From the sequence record DRR723986_2433: a stretch of DNA of 20,000 nucleotides; one strand, written 5' to 3'. Below, in pieces: positions 1 through 8,658 of the stretch (position 1 is the first letter of the stretch; every line of letters begins with the position of its first letter). Under the pieces are notes generated by a model. The model saw only the letters and a list, made by a program, of their open reading frames with translations, made no database searches and was not told the origin of the DNA. Position numbers and translations under genes: made by a program.

Positions 1-135
1 ATTCAAGCGCGCTTGTCGATTCAAGGTATGGCCCAAACAGGTGCTGGTGATATCGAGTCAAGCTGGCAAACGCTTCCTCGCAATCAACTTGCTTCGGGTG
101 TGGATTTAAGTTTGCCGCAGGCCCCGGCGAATTGA
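1..135 (+). CDS. ccmI: 3' end of a CcmI/CycH-like cytochrome c maturation protein (partial, runs in from the left edge)
   Basis: Frame 1 is open from base 1 to TGA at 133-135: IQARLSIQGMAQTGAGDIESSWQTLPRNQLASGVDLSLPQAPAN*. ARLSxxGxAxxxxGD resembles the C-terminal motif of CcmI/CycH (ARISKSGxAxPQPGDL). The stop overlaps the next ATG (TGATG). Not in the ORF track. Confidence 0.7.
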   Translation: MQARLSIQGMAQTGAGDIESSWQTLPRNQLASGVDLSLPQAPAN

Positions 136-1472
136 TGATGCGTATTTCACTCTCGGCCGCTTGCCTGCAAGTTAAAACGCCGTCTCTGGAAGCGGCGGGT
201 GTGGTGTTGTCAGGCCCAATCGGGTTTGAATTAAAACCGGGCGAAATCAATGTCATTCGGGGTGGAAATGGTGTTGGAAAATCAACCCTGTTGAGATTGA
301 TGAGCAATTCATTGCCGGGCCAGTGTGTTTTATTCAAACCTGAGTTTGGCCTGCGTGATGAATTGTTGGTCCACACACACCTGCAAATTGTATTGAGTCA
401 TCTTCGTACCAATGCCCATAGCGTTGAATCTTTGCTTGAAAGGGTAGGGCTTGCGAACTGGCAATACGAGCGAATCGGCACTCTTTCATCCGGGCAGCGT
501 GCACGTCTGGGTTTGTGCAGCTTGTTGGCGGGGCAATTCAAAGTGTGGTTGCTCGATGAGCCCTTGAATGCGCTGGATCACGAGGGTATTGCAACCTTGG
601 CCGGGGCAATGGCCACGCATTTTGATCAGGGTGGCATTGTGTTCATGGCCACCCACGTGGACGCGTTGGTATTAACGCAGCACCTGGCTGGTGCACCCGT
701 AAAAGAGGGCAGGCTGGAACAGGGCAAGTTGCTTGGCGGTTTTGTAGCAGATGCCCACCTGGATGATTCCCGCGTAGATGATTCCCCTGCACGGGAGGCT
801 GGGCATGCTGCAAAAGTGAATTTTCCCGCCTTGCTTCAACGCGACTGGGCGGTGACTTTGGGCAATCCACAAGCACTGCTGTGGGGTGCTTTGTTTCACT
901 GGATGGTGCTGAGTTTTTTCGGAATAGGACTGGGAAAGCCAAGTGCCGAATTCGCTCAAGTGGCCGTGTGGGTCAGTTTGTTACTCGCTTTGATGCTGGG
1001 GGCCAAAGACTGGTTTGCGGAAGATCACCGCACTGGGTGGCTTGGCTTTGTGGCGGGCCTTAATCCTGACAACATTGCTTTGTATTGGTTGGTCAGGGTT
1101 ATATTTTTGGTGCTATGCCAAGTGGTGGTACTGGTACCTGTCACAGGTTTGGTGGCGTTACAACTGGGGCTTCACGCCACACAAACCATCGACCTGGCTT
1201 TCGCCTTGAGCGTGGGTATTTGGGCCGTGGCGCCTCTGTTGGGCTTGATCGCGCTGTTGGTGATGCTGACTCGGGGTGGTGCAGTACTGGTCTATTTGTT
1301 GGCTTTGCCACTGTTGGTCCCCGTTCTGATTTTCGGGCTTGAGGCCAGTCAGGCCAATGGCTTCGGTCGCAGTGCAATTGCGCCGCTTGCTGTGCTTGCG
1401 AGTTTGGGAATGTTGGGTTGTTTGCTGGGGCCATTCGTGGCCAAGCGCCTTGTTGGTTTAATACAGGAATGA
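135..1472 (+). CDS. ccmAB: Fused heme exporter: CcmA ABC ATPase (N-terminal) + CcmB permease (C-terminal)
   Basis: N-half has Walker A GGNGVGKST, signature LSSGQ, Walker B WLLDEP and H-loop ATH. C-half (from about 816) is a hydrophobic domain of about 6 TM with CcmB-like FAEDHRTGWL and LLALPLLVPVLIFG. It lies directly before ccmC. Start placed at ATG 135, coupled to the upstream TGA. Confidence 0.88.
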   Translation: MMRISLSAACLQVKTPSLEAAGVVLSGPIGFELKPGEINVIRGGNGVGKSTLLRLMSNSLPGQCVLFKPEFGLRDELLVHTHLQIVLSHLRTNAHSVESLLERVGLANWQYERIGTLSSGQRARLGLCSLLAGQFKVWLLDEPLNALDHEGIATLAGAMATHFDQGGIVFMATHVDALVLTQHLAGAPVKEGRLEQGKLLGGFVADAHLDDSRVDDSPAREAGHAAKVNFPALLQRDWAVTLGNPQALLWGALFHWMVLSFFGIGLGKPSAEFAQVAVWVSLLLALMLGAKDWFAEDHRTGWLGFVAGLNPDNIALYWLVRVIFLVLCQVVVLVPVTGLVALQLGLHATQTIDLAFALSVGIWAVAPLLGLIALLVMLTRGGAVLVYLLALPLLVPVLIFGLEASQANGFGRSAIAPLAVLASLGMLGCLLGPFVAKRLVGLIQE

Positions 1473-2167
1473 CGATGTTTGCACAGTTGGCTTCACCCCC
1501 CAAGTTCCATGCCCTGGCCAGTTGGCTGTGGGTGTGGCTACTCGCAGCGGGTATTCTTCTGCTGGGGTTTGGTTTGTACACGGGTTTGTTTCTGGCACCT
1601 GTTGATGTTCAGCAAGGCGAAGTGTATCGGGCTATTTATGTGCATGTGCCCGCCGCCTGGATGTCGATGTTCCTGTACTTGGTGGCCTGTGGCTACGCGG
1701 GTTTGAATTGGGTCTATCGCAGCGATGTATCGGCAGTCATGATGCGTGCGCTGCTGCCCACCGGTGCATGGATGACTGTGTTGGCCCTGGTCACCGGTGC
1801 GCTGTGGGGCAAGCCCACTTGGGGCACCTACTGGGTGTGGGATGCAAGAATGACCTCGGAGCTTTTGCTGTTGTTTATCTATTTGGGCTTGATTGCCTTG
1901 GGTCAACTGACTACCAACCCGGCCAAGGCCGATCGTGTATTGGCAGTTGGACTGTTGATTGGTGCTGTGAACATTCCCTTGATTTACCTCTCGGTGGTTT
2001 TCTGGAATACGCTTCATCAGGGTTACAGCGTGTCGATGAGTGGCAGCCGGATTCACCCTGACATTGCCATGGGCATGTGGCTCAGCGTGTTGGGGTTCTG
2101 GTTGATTTGTGCCAGCACGGTGTTGAACCGTGCGCGGCGTTTGTTGGTACAAAGGCGTTGGTTGTAA
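1469..2167 (+). CDS. ccmC: Heme exporter / heme chaperone loader CcmC
   Basis: WWD motif WGKPTWGTYWVWDARMTS with the flanking His motifs YVHVPAAW and NTLHQG. ATG 1469 forms an ATGA overlap with the ccmAB stop, which is preferred over the track start at 1418. Confidence 0.95.
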   Translation: MTMFAQLASPPKFHALASWLWVWLLAAGILLLGFGLYTGLFLAPVDVQQGEVYRAIYVHVPAAWMSMFLYLVACGYAGLNWVYRSDVSAVMMRALLPTGAWMTVLALVTGALWGKPTWGTYWVWDARMTSELLLLFIYLGLIALGQLTTNPAKADRVLAVGLLIGAVNIPLIYLSVVFWNTLHQGYSVSMSGSRIHPDIAMGMWLSVLGFWLICASTVLNRARRLLVQRRWL

Positions 2168-2185
2168 AGGGCAAAAGGCAAAACA

Positions 2186-2359
2186 ATGATTCTTGATGCA
2201 TGGCAAACAATTTGGGCTTGCGTGGGTTTAAGCCTCTTGATTCTGTTTGTGGATGGTGTGCTGGCCGGTCGAGCGGGCCCCAGCAAAACCGATCTGGTTC
2301 GTCAAAAAAAGAGAGATGACCGAATGGTTGGGCTCAGTAAAGGGGTAGGTAATGAGTAA
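2186..2359 (+). CDS. ccmD: Probable CcmD, small single-TM heme exporter protein (57 aa)
   Basis: Hand translation: [57 protein letters not shown]. One N-terminal TM plus a charged basic tail, located between ccmC and ccmE and overlapping the ccmE start by 8 nt. Too short for the ORF track. Confidence 0.75.
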   Translation: MILDAWQTIWACVGLSLLILFVDGVLAGRAGPSKTDLVRQKKRDDRMVGLSKGVGNE

Positions 2360-2759
2360 TGCACGCGCGCATCGCGCGGCCTGGCTAGCGGCCATTGTTG
2401 TGGTGGCTTTGGGTTTTGGTATTGCCCTGGTCAAAGTGTTCAACGAAAACCTTGTTTTCTTCTACACCCCTACACAAATATTGGGTGGTGAAGTGCCCAA
2501 GGGTGAAAAAACCTATCGCCTGGGTGGCATGGTTGAAGTGGGTAGCGTTCAACGCGAGGCCGACTCATTGAAAGTTCGGTTTGTGGTCAGCGACATGAAT
2601 AACAAAGTGCCGGTGGAGTTCACGGGCATCGTGCCAGATTTGTTCAAAGAGGGCACCGGGGTTGTGGCAGATGGCCAATGGGACGGCACCACCTTCAAAG
2701 CCTCTGAGGTGTTGGCCAAACACGATGAAGACTACATGCCGCCCGGAGTTGAGCAGTGA
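2352..2759 (+). CDS. ccmE: Heme chaperone CcmE
   Basis: N-terminal TM anchor, [22 protein letters not shown] and the heme-binding motif [11 protein letters not shown] (His and Tyr retained). Confidence 0.96.
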   Translation: MSNARAHRAAWLAAIVVVALGFGIALVKVFNENLVFFYTPTQILGGEVPKGEKTYRLGGMVEVGSVQREADSLKVRFVVSDMNNKVPVEFTGIVPDLFKEGTGVVADGQWDGTTFKASEVLAKHDEDYMPPGVEQ

Positions 2760-4747
2760 TCGCATTGATATCCCAGTTCAGTTTGGCACTGGCCACCGTG
2801 TTGGCCTTGTTTGGCGCAGTCGCTGGTTTTGCCGCAGTGCGCGGGGTATATAGCCATGCGCCAGCAGTCCCTTTGTTGAACTCGATTCAACGCAATGTGC
2901 TGCTGGTCTCTGGGCTCGTCGGTATTGCCTTTGTTGGTTTGGTCTATTCCTTTGTGATCAGCGATTTTTCAGTTCGCAACGTGGCTGAAAATTCCAACCT
3001 GGCTCTGCCCGTTTTTTACAAAGTGGCCGCAAGTTGGGGTTCTCATGAAGGCTCCTTTTTGCTTTGGGTGCTTATGTTTGCAGGCTGGACCCAAGCTGTG
3101 GCCTGGGCCAAATTCGAGGTGTCGGCTTGTTTCAAAGTGCGCGTACTGGCCACCTTGCAATTGGTGCTGGTGGGTTTTCTGCTTTATTTGTTAATTGCCA
3201 GCAATCCCTTTGAATACCTGTACCCCACACCCGTCGACGGGCGAGACCTGAACCCGCTGCTGCAAGACATCGGCATGATCATTCATCCGCCCCTGTTGTA
3301 CATGGGTTATGTGGGCTTCGCAGTGACCTTTGCCTTCGCAGTGGCTGGTTTGCTGGAGGGCCGGTTCGACATGACCTGGGCGCGCTGGAGTCGCCCCTGG
3401 ACCAATGTGGCGTGGGCGTTTCTAACCATGGGCATTGCTTTGGGAAGCTGGTGGGCTTACCGGGAACTGGGTTGGGGCGGTTGGTGGTTTTGGGACCCGG
3501 TCGAAAATGCATCTCTAATGCCCTGGTTGGCAGGTACAGCGCTCATTCATTCACTGGCCGTGTCTGAAAAAAGGGGGGCCCTGCGCAGTTGGACCTTGTT
3601 GCTGGCACTCACTACCTTTGCCCTGTCCCTGTTGGGTACATTCCTGGTTCGCTCGGGTGTGCTTACCTCGGTGCATGCTTTCGCAACAGACCCTGAACGT
3701 GGCGTTTTCATTCTCGCCTTGTTGTTTATTGTGGTGGGCGCTTCCTACATTCTGTATGCGCTTAAAACAGGTGAAGTGGGGCAGGGTGGCAATTTCAAGG
3801 TCACTGGTCGTGAGTCGCTGTTGCTGTCCAACAATGTGCTCATGAGCGCTGCCTTGGTGGCCGTGATGTTGGGTACGCTTTACCCCTTGGTGGTCGAGGT
3901 GATCGGCGGGCGGAAAATGTCAGTGGGGCAGCCTTATTTTGAAGCCATGTTTGCACCCATTCTATTGCCCGCGGTGTTGCTCATGGCCTTGGGCCCCGAT
4001 TCACGCTGGCGCGAAACCTCGTTGGCGCAATACATCAAGCCCGGGGTAGTGGCGCTTGCTGTTGCCGCGCTGGTGTTGTTGGGAGCAGCCTTGTTCAATG
4101 GTTATTTCAGCTTGTTGTGGGCCGTGGGTGTGGTGTGTGCGGTGTTCATGGCGGTGGCCACGCTGGCCCATGCTGCGGTGGCCACGCGCAAAGCAGGGGC
4201 CAGTATTCCTGAAAGTGGTTTGCTGTATCGCATTCGCCGTTTGTCCCTTTCTTATTGGGGCATGGTGCTTGCGCATTTGGGAGTGGCCGTGTTTGTGGTG
4301 GGCGTCAGTTGGGTAAAGACCTTCGAGACTGAAACCGATGCCGTGCTCAAGCCAGGAGAAACTTCTGAGATTGGCCCATGGCGGGTTACGTTCATTGGTG
4401 TTGATTCCGTGCAACGACAAAACCATGTGGCTGCTCTGGGCGTGTTCGAATTAACGCGTGGCGACGGCACGGTGATCCACTTGCTGGAACCCGAGAAGCG
4501 CCGCTATCAAAGTTCCGAACAAATCATGACCGAGGCTGCCATTCACAGCGACTGGTTTTCAGATGTGTACATCGGCCTTGGCGATGCAGTTCAAAGCAGT
4601 GCAAACTCCGGGGCGTGGGGCGTGCGGCTGTATTACAAGCCATTGATCAACCTGATTTGGTGGGGTTGTGCCTTGATGGCACTGGGTGGTTTGCTTACCG
4701 TGTTTGATCGCCGTTACCGGCCCAGAAAGAATGCGGTGGCCTCATGA
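2756..4747 (+). CDS. ccmF: Heme lyase CcmF
   Basis: [28 protein letters not shown] motif [27 protein letters not shown] and LAHLG. GTG start overlaps the ccmE stop (GTGA). Confidence 0.97.
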   Translation: MIALISQFSLALATVLALFGAVAGFAAVRGVYSHAPAVPLLNSIQRNVLLVSGLVGIAFVGLVYSFVISDFSVRNVAENSNLALPVFYKVAASWGSHEGSFLLWVLMFAGWTQAVAWAKFEVSACFKVRVLATLQLVLVGFLLYLLIASNPFEYLYPTPVDGRDLNPLLQDIGMIIHPPLLYMGYVGFAVTFAFAVAGLLEGRFDMTWARWSRPWTNVAWAFLTMGIALGSWWAYRELGWGGWWFWDPVENASLMPWLAGTALIHSLAVSEKRGALRSWTLLLALTTFALSLLGTFLVRSGVLTSVHAFATDPERGVFILALLFIVVGASYILYALKTGEVGQGGNFKVTGRESLLLSNNVLMSAALVAVMLGTLYPLVVEVIGGRKMSVGQPYFEAMFAPILLPAVLLMALGPDSRWRETSLAQYIKPGVVALAVAALVLLGAALFNGYFSLLWAVGVVCAVFMAVATLAHAAVATRKAGASIPESGLLYRIRRLSLSYWGMVLAHLGVAVFVVGVSWVKTFETETDAVLKPGETSEIGPWRVTFIGVDSVQRQNHVAALGVFELTRGDGTVIHLLEPEKRRYQSSEQIMTEAAIHSDWFSDVYIGLGDAVQSSANSGAWGVRLYYKPLINLIWWGCALMALGGLLTVFDRRYRPRKNAVAS

Positions 4748-5313
4748 TCAAGAAACGCTTGCGCCTGTATTTGCCAATTTTGGTCTTGTTGTTTTTGGGT
4801 GTGTTTTTGCTCCGTGGTTTGTGGCTTGATCCGAAAAAATTACCCTCCGCATTGATTGGCAAGGAAGCCCCTGCAGTCGTGTTGCCCGTACTCAGCTTTA
4901 ACGGGCCAGAGGCGGATGCTGTGCAACTTGTAAACATTCAAACCCTTCAAAACATCGATGAATTGAAAGGCCAGCCTTGGGTACTGAATGTGTTTGCGTC
5001 GTGGTGCCAGGCTTGCTTGGTGGAGCACCCGCATTTCATAGCTTTGGCGAAACAGAAAAAAATCAAGCTGGTGGGTTTGGCTTACAAAGACGACCTGGCC
5101 AATACCCGCCGTTGGCTGGCGCAATATGGCAATCCTTATGATTTGATCCTGATTGACCAGCAAGGGCAGTACGGAATTGAGTTGGGTGTGTATGGCGTGC
5201 CCGAAACTTTTTTAATGAGCGCCAACAACACCATTATTCACAAGCAGGTAGGGCCAATACCTGCCGACTATTTCGACAGCATGGCACTGCCCGCAATAGA
5301 GGCGTCCCGATGA
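4744..5313 (+). CDS. ccmG: Thiol:disulfide oxidoreductase CcmG/DsbE
   Basis: N-terminal TM, PSALIGK, thioredoxin motif FASWCQAC, and GVYGVPETF. ATGA overlap with ccmF. Confidence 0.95.
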   Translation: MIKKRLRLYLPILVLLFLGVFLLRGLWLDPKKLPSALIGKEAPAVVLPVLSFNGPEADAVQLVNIQTLQNIDELKGQPWVLNVFASWCQACLVEHPHFIALAKQKKIKLVGLAYKDDLANTRRWLAQYGNPYDLILIDQQGQYGIELGVYGVPETFLMSANNTIIHKQVGPIPADYFDSMALPAIEASR

Positions 5314-5726
5314 ATGTGAATGATCTGAATGCAGCAGAGAAAGAACAGTACAAGGAAGTGGCCAGCGAGCTTCGTTGCCTGGTGTGCCAGAACCAGTCGC
5401 TGGCTGATTCACATGCTTCCTTGGCGGTCGATTTAAAAGAGAAAATCGCCGAGCAAATTCGCGCTGGTAAAACCAACGAAGAAATTAAAAGCTACATGCA
5501 AGATCGCTATGGCGAGTTTGTGATCTACAAGCCCGCTTACAGCATGGAAAATGCGGTGTTGTGGTTGGGGCCATTTGTGGTGTTGCTGATTGCCGTGGTG
5601 CTGGCGCGCAAGGTGGGGAAAGGCTACAAAATACCCAAAGATGAAATGCCCCCTACCATGGCTGGCGACAGTGACTGGGCCGAAAAACTGTACGACGACG
5701 CAAGAAAACGCGAAGCCAAGAAATAA
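5310..5726 (+). CDS. ccmH: Cytochrome c maturation protein CcmH/CycL
   Basis: LRCLVCQNQSLADS, YMQDRYGEFVIYKP and a C-terminal TM LWLGPFVVLLIAVVLA. GAGG lies 7 nt before the ATG, with an ATGA overlap with ccmG. Confidence 0.93.
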   Translation: MNVNDLNAAEKEQYKEVASELRCLVCQNQSLADSHASLAVDLKEKIAEQIRAGKTNEEIKSYMQDRYGEFVIYKPAYSMENAVLWLGPFVVLLIAVVLARKVGKGYKIPKDEMPPTMAGDSDWAEKLYDDARKREAKK

Positions 5727-5762
5727 AAAAACCGAACCGTGATTGCTCAGGGTTCGATTTTT
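5725..5762. terminator. Probable bidirectional intrinsic terminator between convergent ccmH and ettA
   Basis: A-run, then CGAACC-G-TGA-TTGC-TCA-G-GGTTCG (stem with one mismatch), then ATTTTT. Confidence 0.7.
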
Positions 5763-5782
5763 CTACATCAACCCCAAAATTC

Positions 5783-7444
5783 TTACTTCAAAGGCTTGTA
5801 ACGCACTCGCTTCGGCCGTGCGCCTTCTTCACCCAGTCGCTTTACCTTGTCAGCTTCGTATTCCTGGAAGTTGCCGTCAAAGAACACCCATTGCGAATCG
5901 CCTTCACAGGAAAGAATGTGGGTGGCAATACGGTCCAGGAACCAGCGGTCGTGCGAGGTCACCAGCACAGTGCCCGCAAATTCCAGCAGCGCATCTTCCA
6001 GCGAGCGCAGTGTTTCCACGTCCAGGTCGTTTGATGGTTCGTCCAGCAGCAACACGTTACCGCCGGAAATCAGGGTTTTGGCCAAATGCAAGCGACCACG
6101 CTCACCACCGGACAAATTGCCAATCAGTTTTTGCTGGTCGCCACCCTTGAAGTTGAAACGCCCCAGATAAGCCCTTGATGGCATTTCAAACTTGCCCACG
6201 GTCAGAATGTCGGCACCATCGGCCACGCCATCGAACACTGTTTTGTCGTTGGGCAGTGAATCGCGGGCCTGGTCAACCACTGCCATGCGCACAGTTGAAC
6301 CAATCTTGATCGTGCCACTCGTGGGTTGCTCTTTACCTGCAATCATCTTGAACAGGGTTGATTTACCGGCACCGTTAGGGCCGATTACACCCACAATCGC
6401 ACCGGGTGGAATCTTGAAGCTGAGGTTGTCAATCAGCAAGCGGTCACCAAAGGCTTTGCTCACATTTTCAAACTCGATCACTTCATTGCCCAAGCGCTCG
6501 GCCACCGGAATAAAAATTTCCTGTGTCTCGTTGCGCTTCTGGTATTCGTGGCTAGACAATTCTTCAAAGCGTGCAATACGCGCCTTGGATTTGGCTTGGC
6601 GTCCTTTGGGGTTTTGGCGAACCCATTCCAGTTCTTTTTTCAAGGCTTTCTGGCGTGCGCTTTCGCTGCTTTCTTCTTGCTTTAAGCGATCCTGTTTCTG
6701 GTCCAGCCAGGAACTGTAGTTGCCTTTCCATGGAATGCCAGATCCGCGGTCCAGTTCAAGAATCCACTCGGCGGCATTGTCCAAAAAGTAGCGGTCGTGG
6801 GTAACAGCCACCACAGTACCTGGGAACTTGTGCAGGAACTGCTCAAGCCAGTGCACCGATTCAGCATCCAGGTGGTTGGTGGGTTCGTCCAGCAGCAACA
6901 TGTCGGGCTTGCTCATCAACAGGCGGCACAAGGCCACACGGCGCTTTTCACCGCCGGAAAGCGTGCCAACTATGGCTTCCCAGGGGGGCAGGCGTAACGA
7001 ATCAGCAGCAATTTCCATCAGGTGCTCTGCATCGTTACCAGCCGCTGCAATCACTGCTTCCCACTTGGCTTGTTCTTCAGCCAGTTTGTCAAAGTCCGCT
7101 TCTGGGTCGGCGTAGGCGGCGTAAATTTCCTCCAGCTTTTGCTGGGCCATGCCCAGTTCGCCCAAACCTTCTTCAACGGCTTGGCGCACGGTGTGCTCGG
7201 GGTTCAGTTCGGGTTCCTGGCTTAGGTACCCAATGTTCAAATTGGGCATGGGCACGGCTTCGCCTTCAATGTCTTTGTCGACACCCGCCATAATTTTCAG
7301 CAGTGTGGATTTGCCAGAGCCGTTCAAGCCCAGCACACCAATTTTCGCGCCGGGGAAAAAGCTCAGCGAAATATTCTTCAAAATCTGGCGCTTGGGGGGA
7401 ACAATTTTCCCCACGCGGTTCATGCTGTAGACGTACTGGGCCAT
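5783..7444 (-). CDS. ettA: Energy-dependent translational throttle protein EttA (ABC-F)
   Basis: Characteristic N-terminus MAQYVYSMNRVGKIVPPKRQILKNISLSFFPGAKIGVLGLNGSGKST. Two ABC cassettes (LSGGEKRR/LLLDEPTNHLD and LSGGERGR/LLLDEPSNDLD), the inter-ABC linker ELEWVRQNPKGRQAKSKAR, and no TM segments. Confidence 0.97.
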   Translation of the reverse strand: MAQYVYSMNRVGKIVPPKRQILKNISLSFFPGAKIGVLGLNGSGKSTLLKIMAGVDKDIEGEAVPMPNLNIGYLSQEPELNPEHTVRQAVEEGLGELGMAQQKLEEIYAAYADPEADFDKLAEEQAKWEAVIAAAGNDAEHLMEIAADSLRLPPWEAIVGTLSGGEKRRVALCRLLMSKPDMLLLDEPTNHLDAESVHWLEQFLHKFPGTVVAVTHDRYFLDNAAEWILELDRGSGIPWKGNYSSWLDQKQDRLKQEESSESARQKALKKELEWVRQNPKGRQAKSKARIARFEELSSHEYQKRNETQEIFIPVAERLGNEVIEFENVSKAFGDRLLIDNLSFKIPPGAIVGVIGPNGAGKSTLFKMIAGKEQPTSGTIKIGSTVRMAVVDQARDSLPNDKTVFDGVADGADILTVGKFEMPSRAYLGRFNFKGGDQQKLIGNLSGGERGRLHLAKTLISGGNVLLLDEPSNDLDVETLRSLEDALLEFAGTVLVTSHDRWFLDRIATHILSCEGDSQWVFFDGNFQEYEADKVKRLGEEGARPKRVRYKPLK

Positions 7445-7482
7445 TCGGTTTCCAATTCAATAGGTTTAACGTTGCCGCAATT

Positions 7483-8625
7483 TTAAATCATCGCAGGCAG
7501 TTGGGGGGTTAAAGCTTGGCGTTCTTTGCTGGCCTCACCCAGCAATGCCATGCCCAGCAGCGCGCCATCTGCGCCTTTAAACAAGGCCTTGACGCCATTC
7601 TCGTCGGCTGTAATTTCCCACTCGCCTTCATGCTCGGGCAGGGGTGGGTTAACCACCGCAGGGCAATCGGGCGTTTTAATACTCACCGGCATTGCAGGGA
7701 ATTTGATTTCAGTGGGCTTGCCAGCCAGTGTTTGTGCCATGGCGCGCGCAGCTTGCATCACGGGCATAATGTATGGCAATACGAACTTGCCCAGGTATTC
7801 TGCACAATCACCCAAGGCATAAATGTTGTTGTTGCTGGTTTGGCCAAGGCTGTTTACCACGATGCCGCGCGCCACGGTAATGCCAGCATTTTTAGCCAGT
7901 TCAGTGCGTGGCTTTAAACCAACCGCGGACAACACCAAATCTGCTTGGGTTGTTTCGCCATTGGAATCCGTCAGTGTGTAGCCAGCCCCGTTCTTCGCTA
8001 TGCTGTTTACGGTACGCCCCAGTTTCCAGCTCACGCCTTTTTCGGCCAGTTTGTTTTGCATGAAGGTGCTGGCTTGTTTGGGCAGCAGGCGGGCCAGAGG
8101 ACGGTCAGCCAAGTCAAACACAGTGGTGTGAATGTCAGCCTTCAGCAAATCGTTGGCAAATTCGCAACCGATCAGGCCTGCACCCAACACGGCCACTTCT
8201 TTCTTGCCTTCCAGCAGTTTTCGAAATTCTGCATAATCATTCAAGTCATTCACGCTAATCACGTCGCCTGCGCCATCGCCTTCAATCGGCAGTTTGATGG
8301 TGTCGGCACCCAGAGCCAATACCAAGTTGTCGTAGCTGAACTCGCCTGCGCTGCTTGTCAGTCTGCGCGATTCAGAATCCACCGCGCTCACTGTGGCGTT
8401 GGGCACCAGTTCAACTTTCTGTTGTTCGGCAAATTTTGCAGCAGGCGTCATCACCAGGCTCTCGGCTGTTTTGCCACTGGCCAATGCATTGCTGAGCATG
8501 GGCTTGGAGTAGAAGTCACCGCTGTCAGCAGTAATCAAGCGAATTTGAGCCTCGGGATCTGCTTTGCGAAGTTCCCGAACCAATGTCCATGCGGCCACGC
8601 CGCTGCCAATGATGGTGGTGTTCAT
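7483..8625 (-). CDS. FAD-dependent pyridine nucleotide oxidoreductase, rubredoxin-NAD(+) reductase (RubB/AlkT/NorW-like)
   Basis: IIGSGVAA (FAD), YSKPMLS, GAGLIGCEFANDL (NAD), IYALGDCAE, LPYIMPVMQAARAMA and PAMPVSIKTP are typical of rubredoxin reductases. 380 aa with no fused rubredoxin domain. Confidence 0.85.
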   Translation of the reverse strand: MNTTIIGSGVAAWTLVRELRKADPEAQIRLITADSGDFYSKPMLSNALASGKTAESLVMTPAAKFAEQQKVELVPNATVSAVDSESRRLTSSAGEFSYDNLVLALGADTIKLPIEGDGAGDVISVNDLNDYAEFRKLLEGKKEVAVLGAGLIGCEFANDLLKADIHTTVFDLADRPLARLLPKQASTFMQNKLAEKGVSWKLGRTVNSIAKNGAGYTLTDSNGETTQADLVLSAVGLKPRTELAKNAGITVARGIVVNSLGQTSNNNIYALGDCAEYLGKFVLPYIMPVMQAARAMAQTLAGKPTEIKFPAMPVSIKTPDCPAVVNPPLPEHEGEWEITADENGVKALFKGADGALLGMALLGEASKERQALTPQLPAMI

Positions 8626-8658
8626 AGTGTTAATCCTGTGTGTTGCACGTGAAGCTTA

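Noticed and set aside
793..819. SD + ATG (MLQK*) as the start of a separate ccmB hidden by a frameshift
   Set aside because: Out of frame. Correcting it would extend ccmA about 260 nt into ccmB. Kept only as a read-level check.
1538..2206. 222-aa minus-strand ORF, and similar antisense ORFs at 7945-8652, 8974-9624, 13169-13711, 16075-16698 and 19620-19994
   Set aside because: All lie opposite well-supported genes and show no family motifs. They are expected from codon bias.
7480..7508. TAAAAT -10-like hexamer overlapping the reductase stop as an ettA promoter
   Set aside because: No usable -35 or extended -10. Cannot be distinguished from chance.
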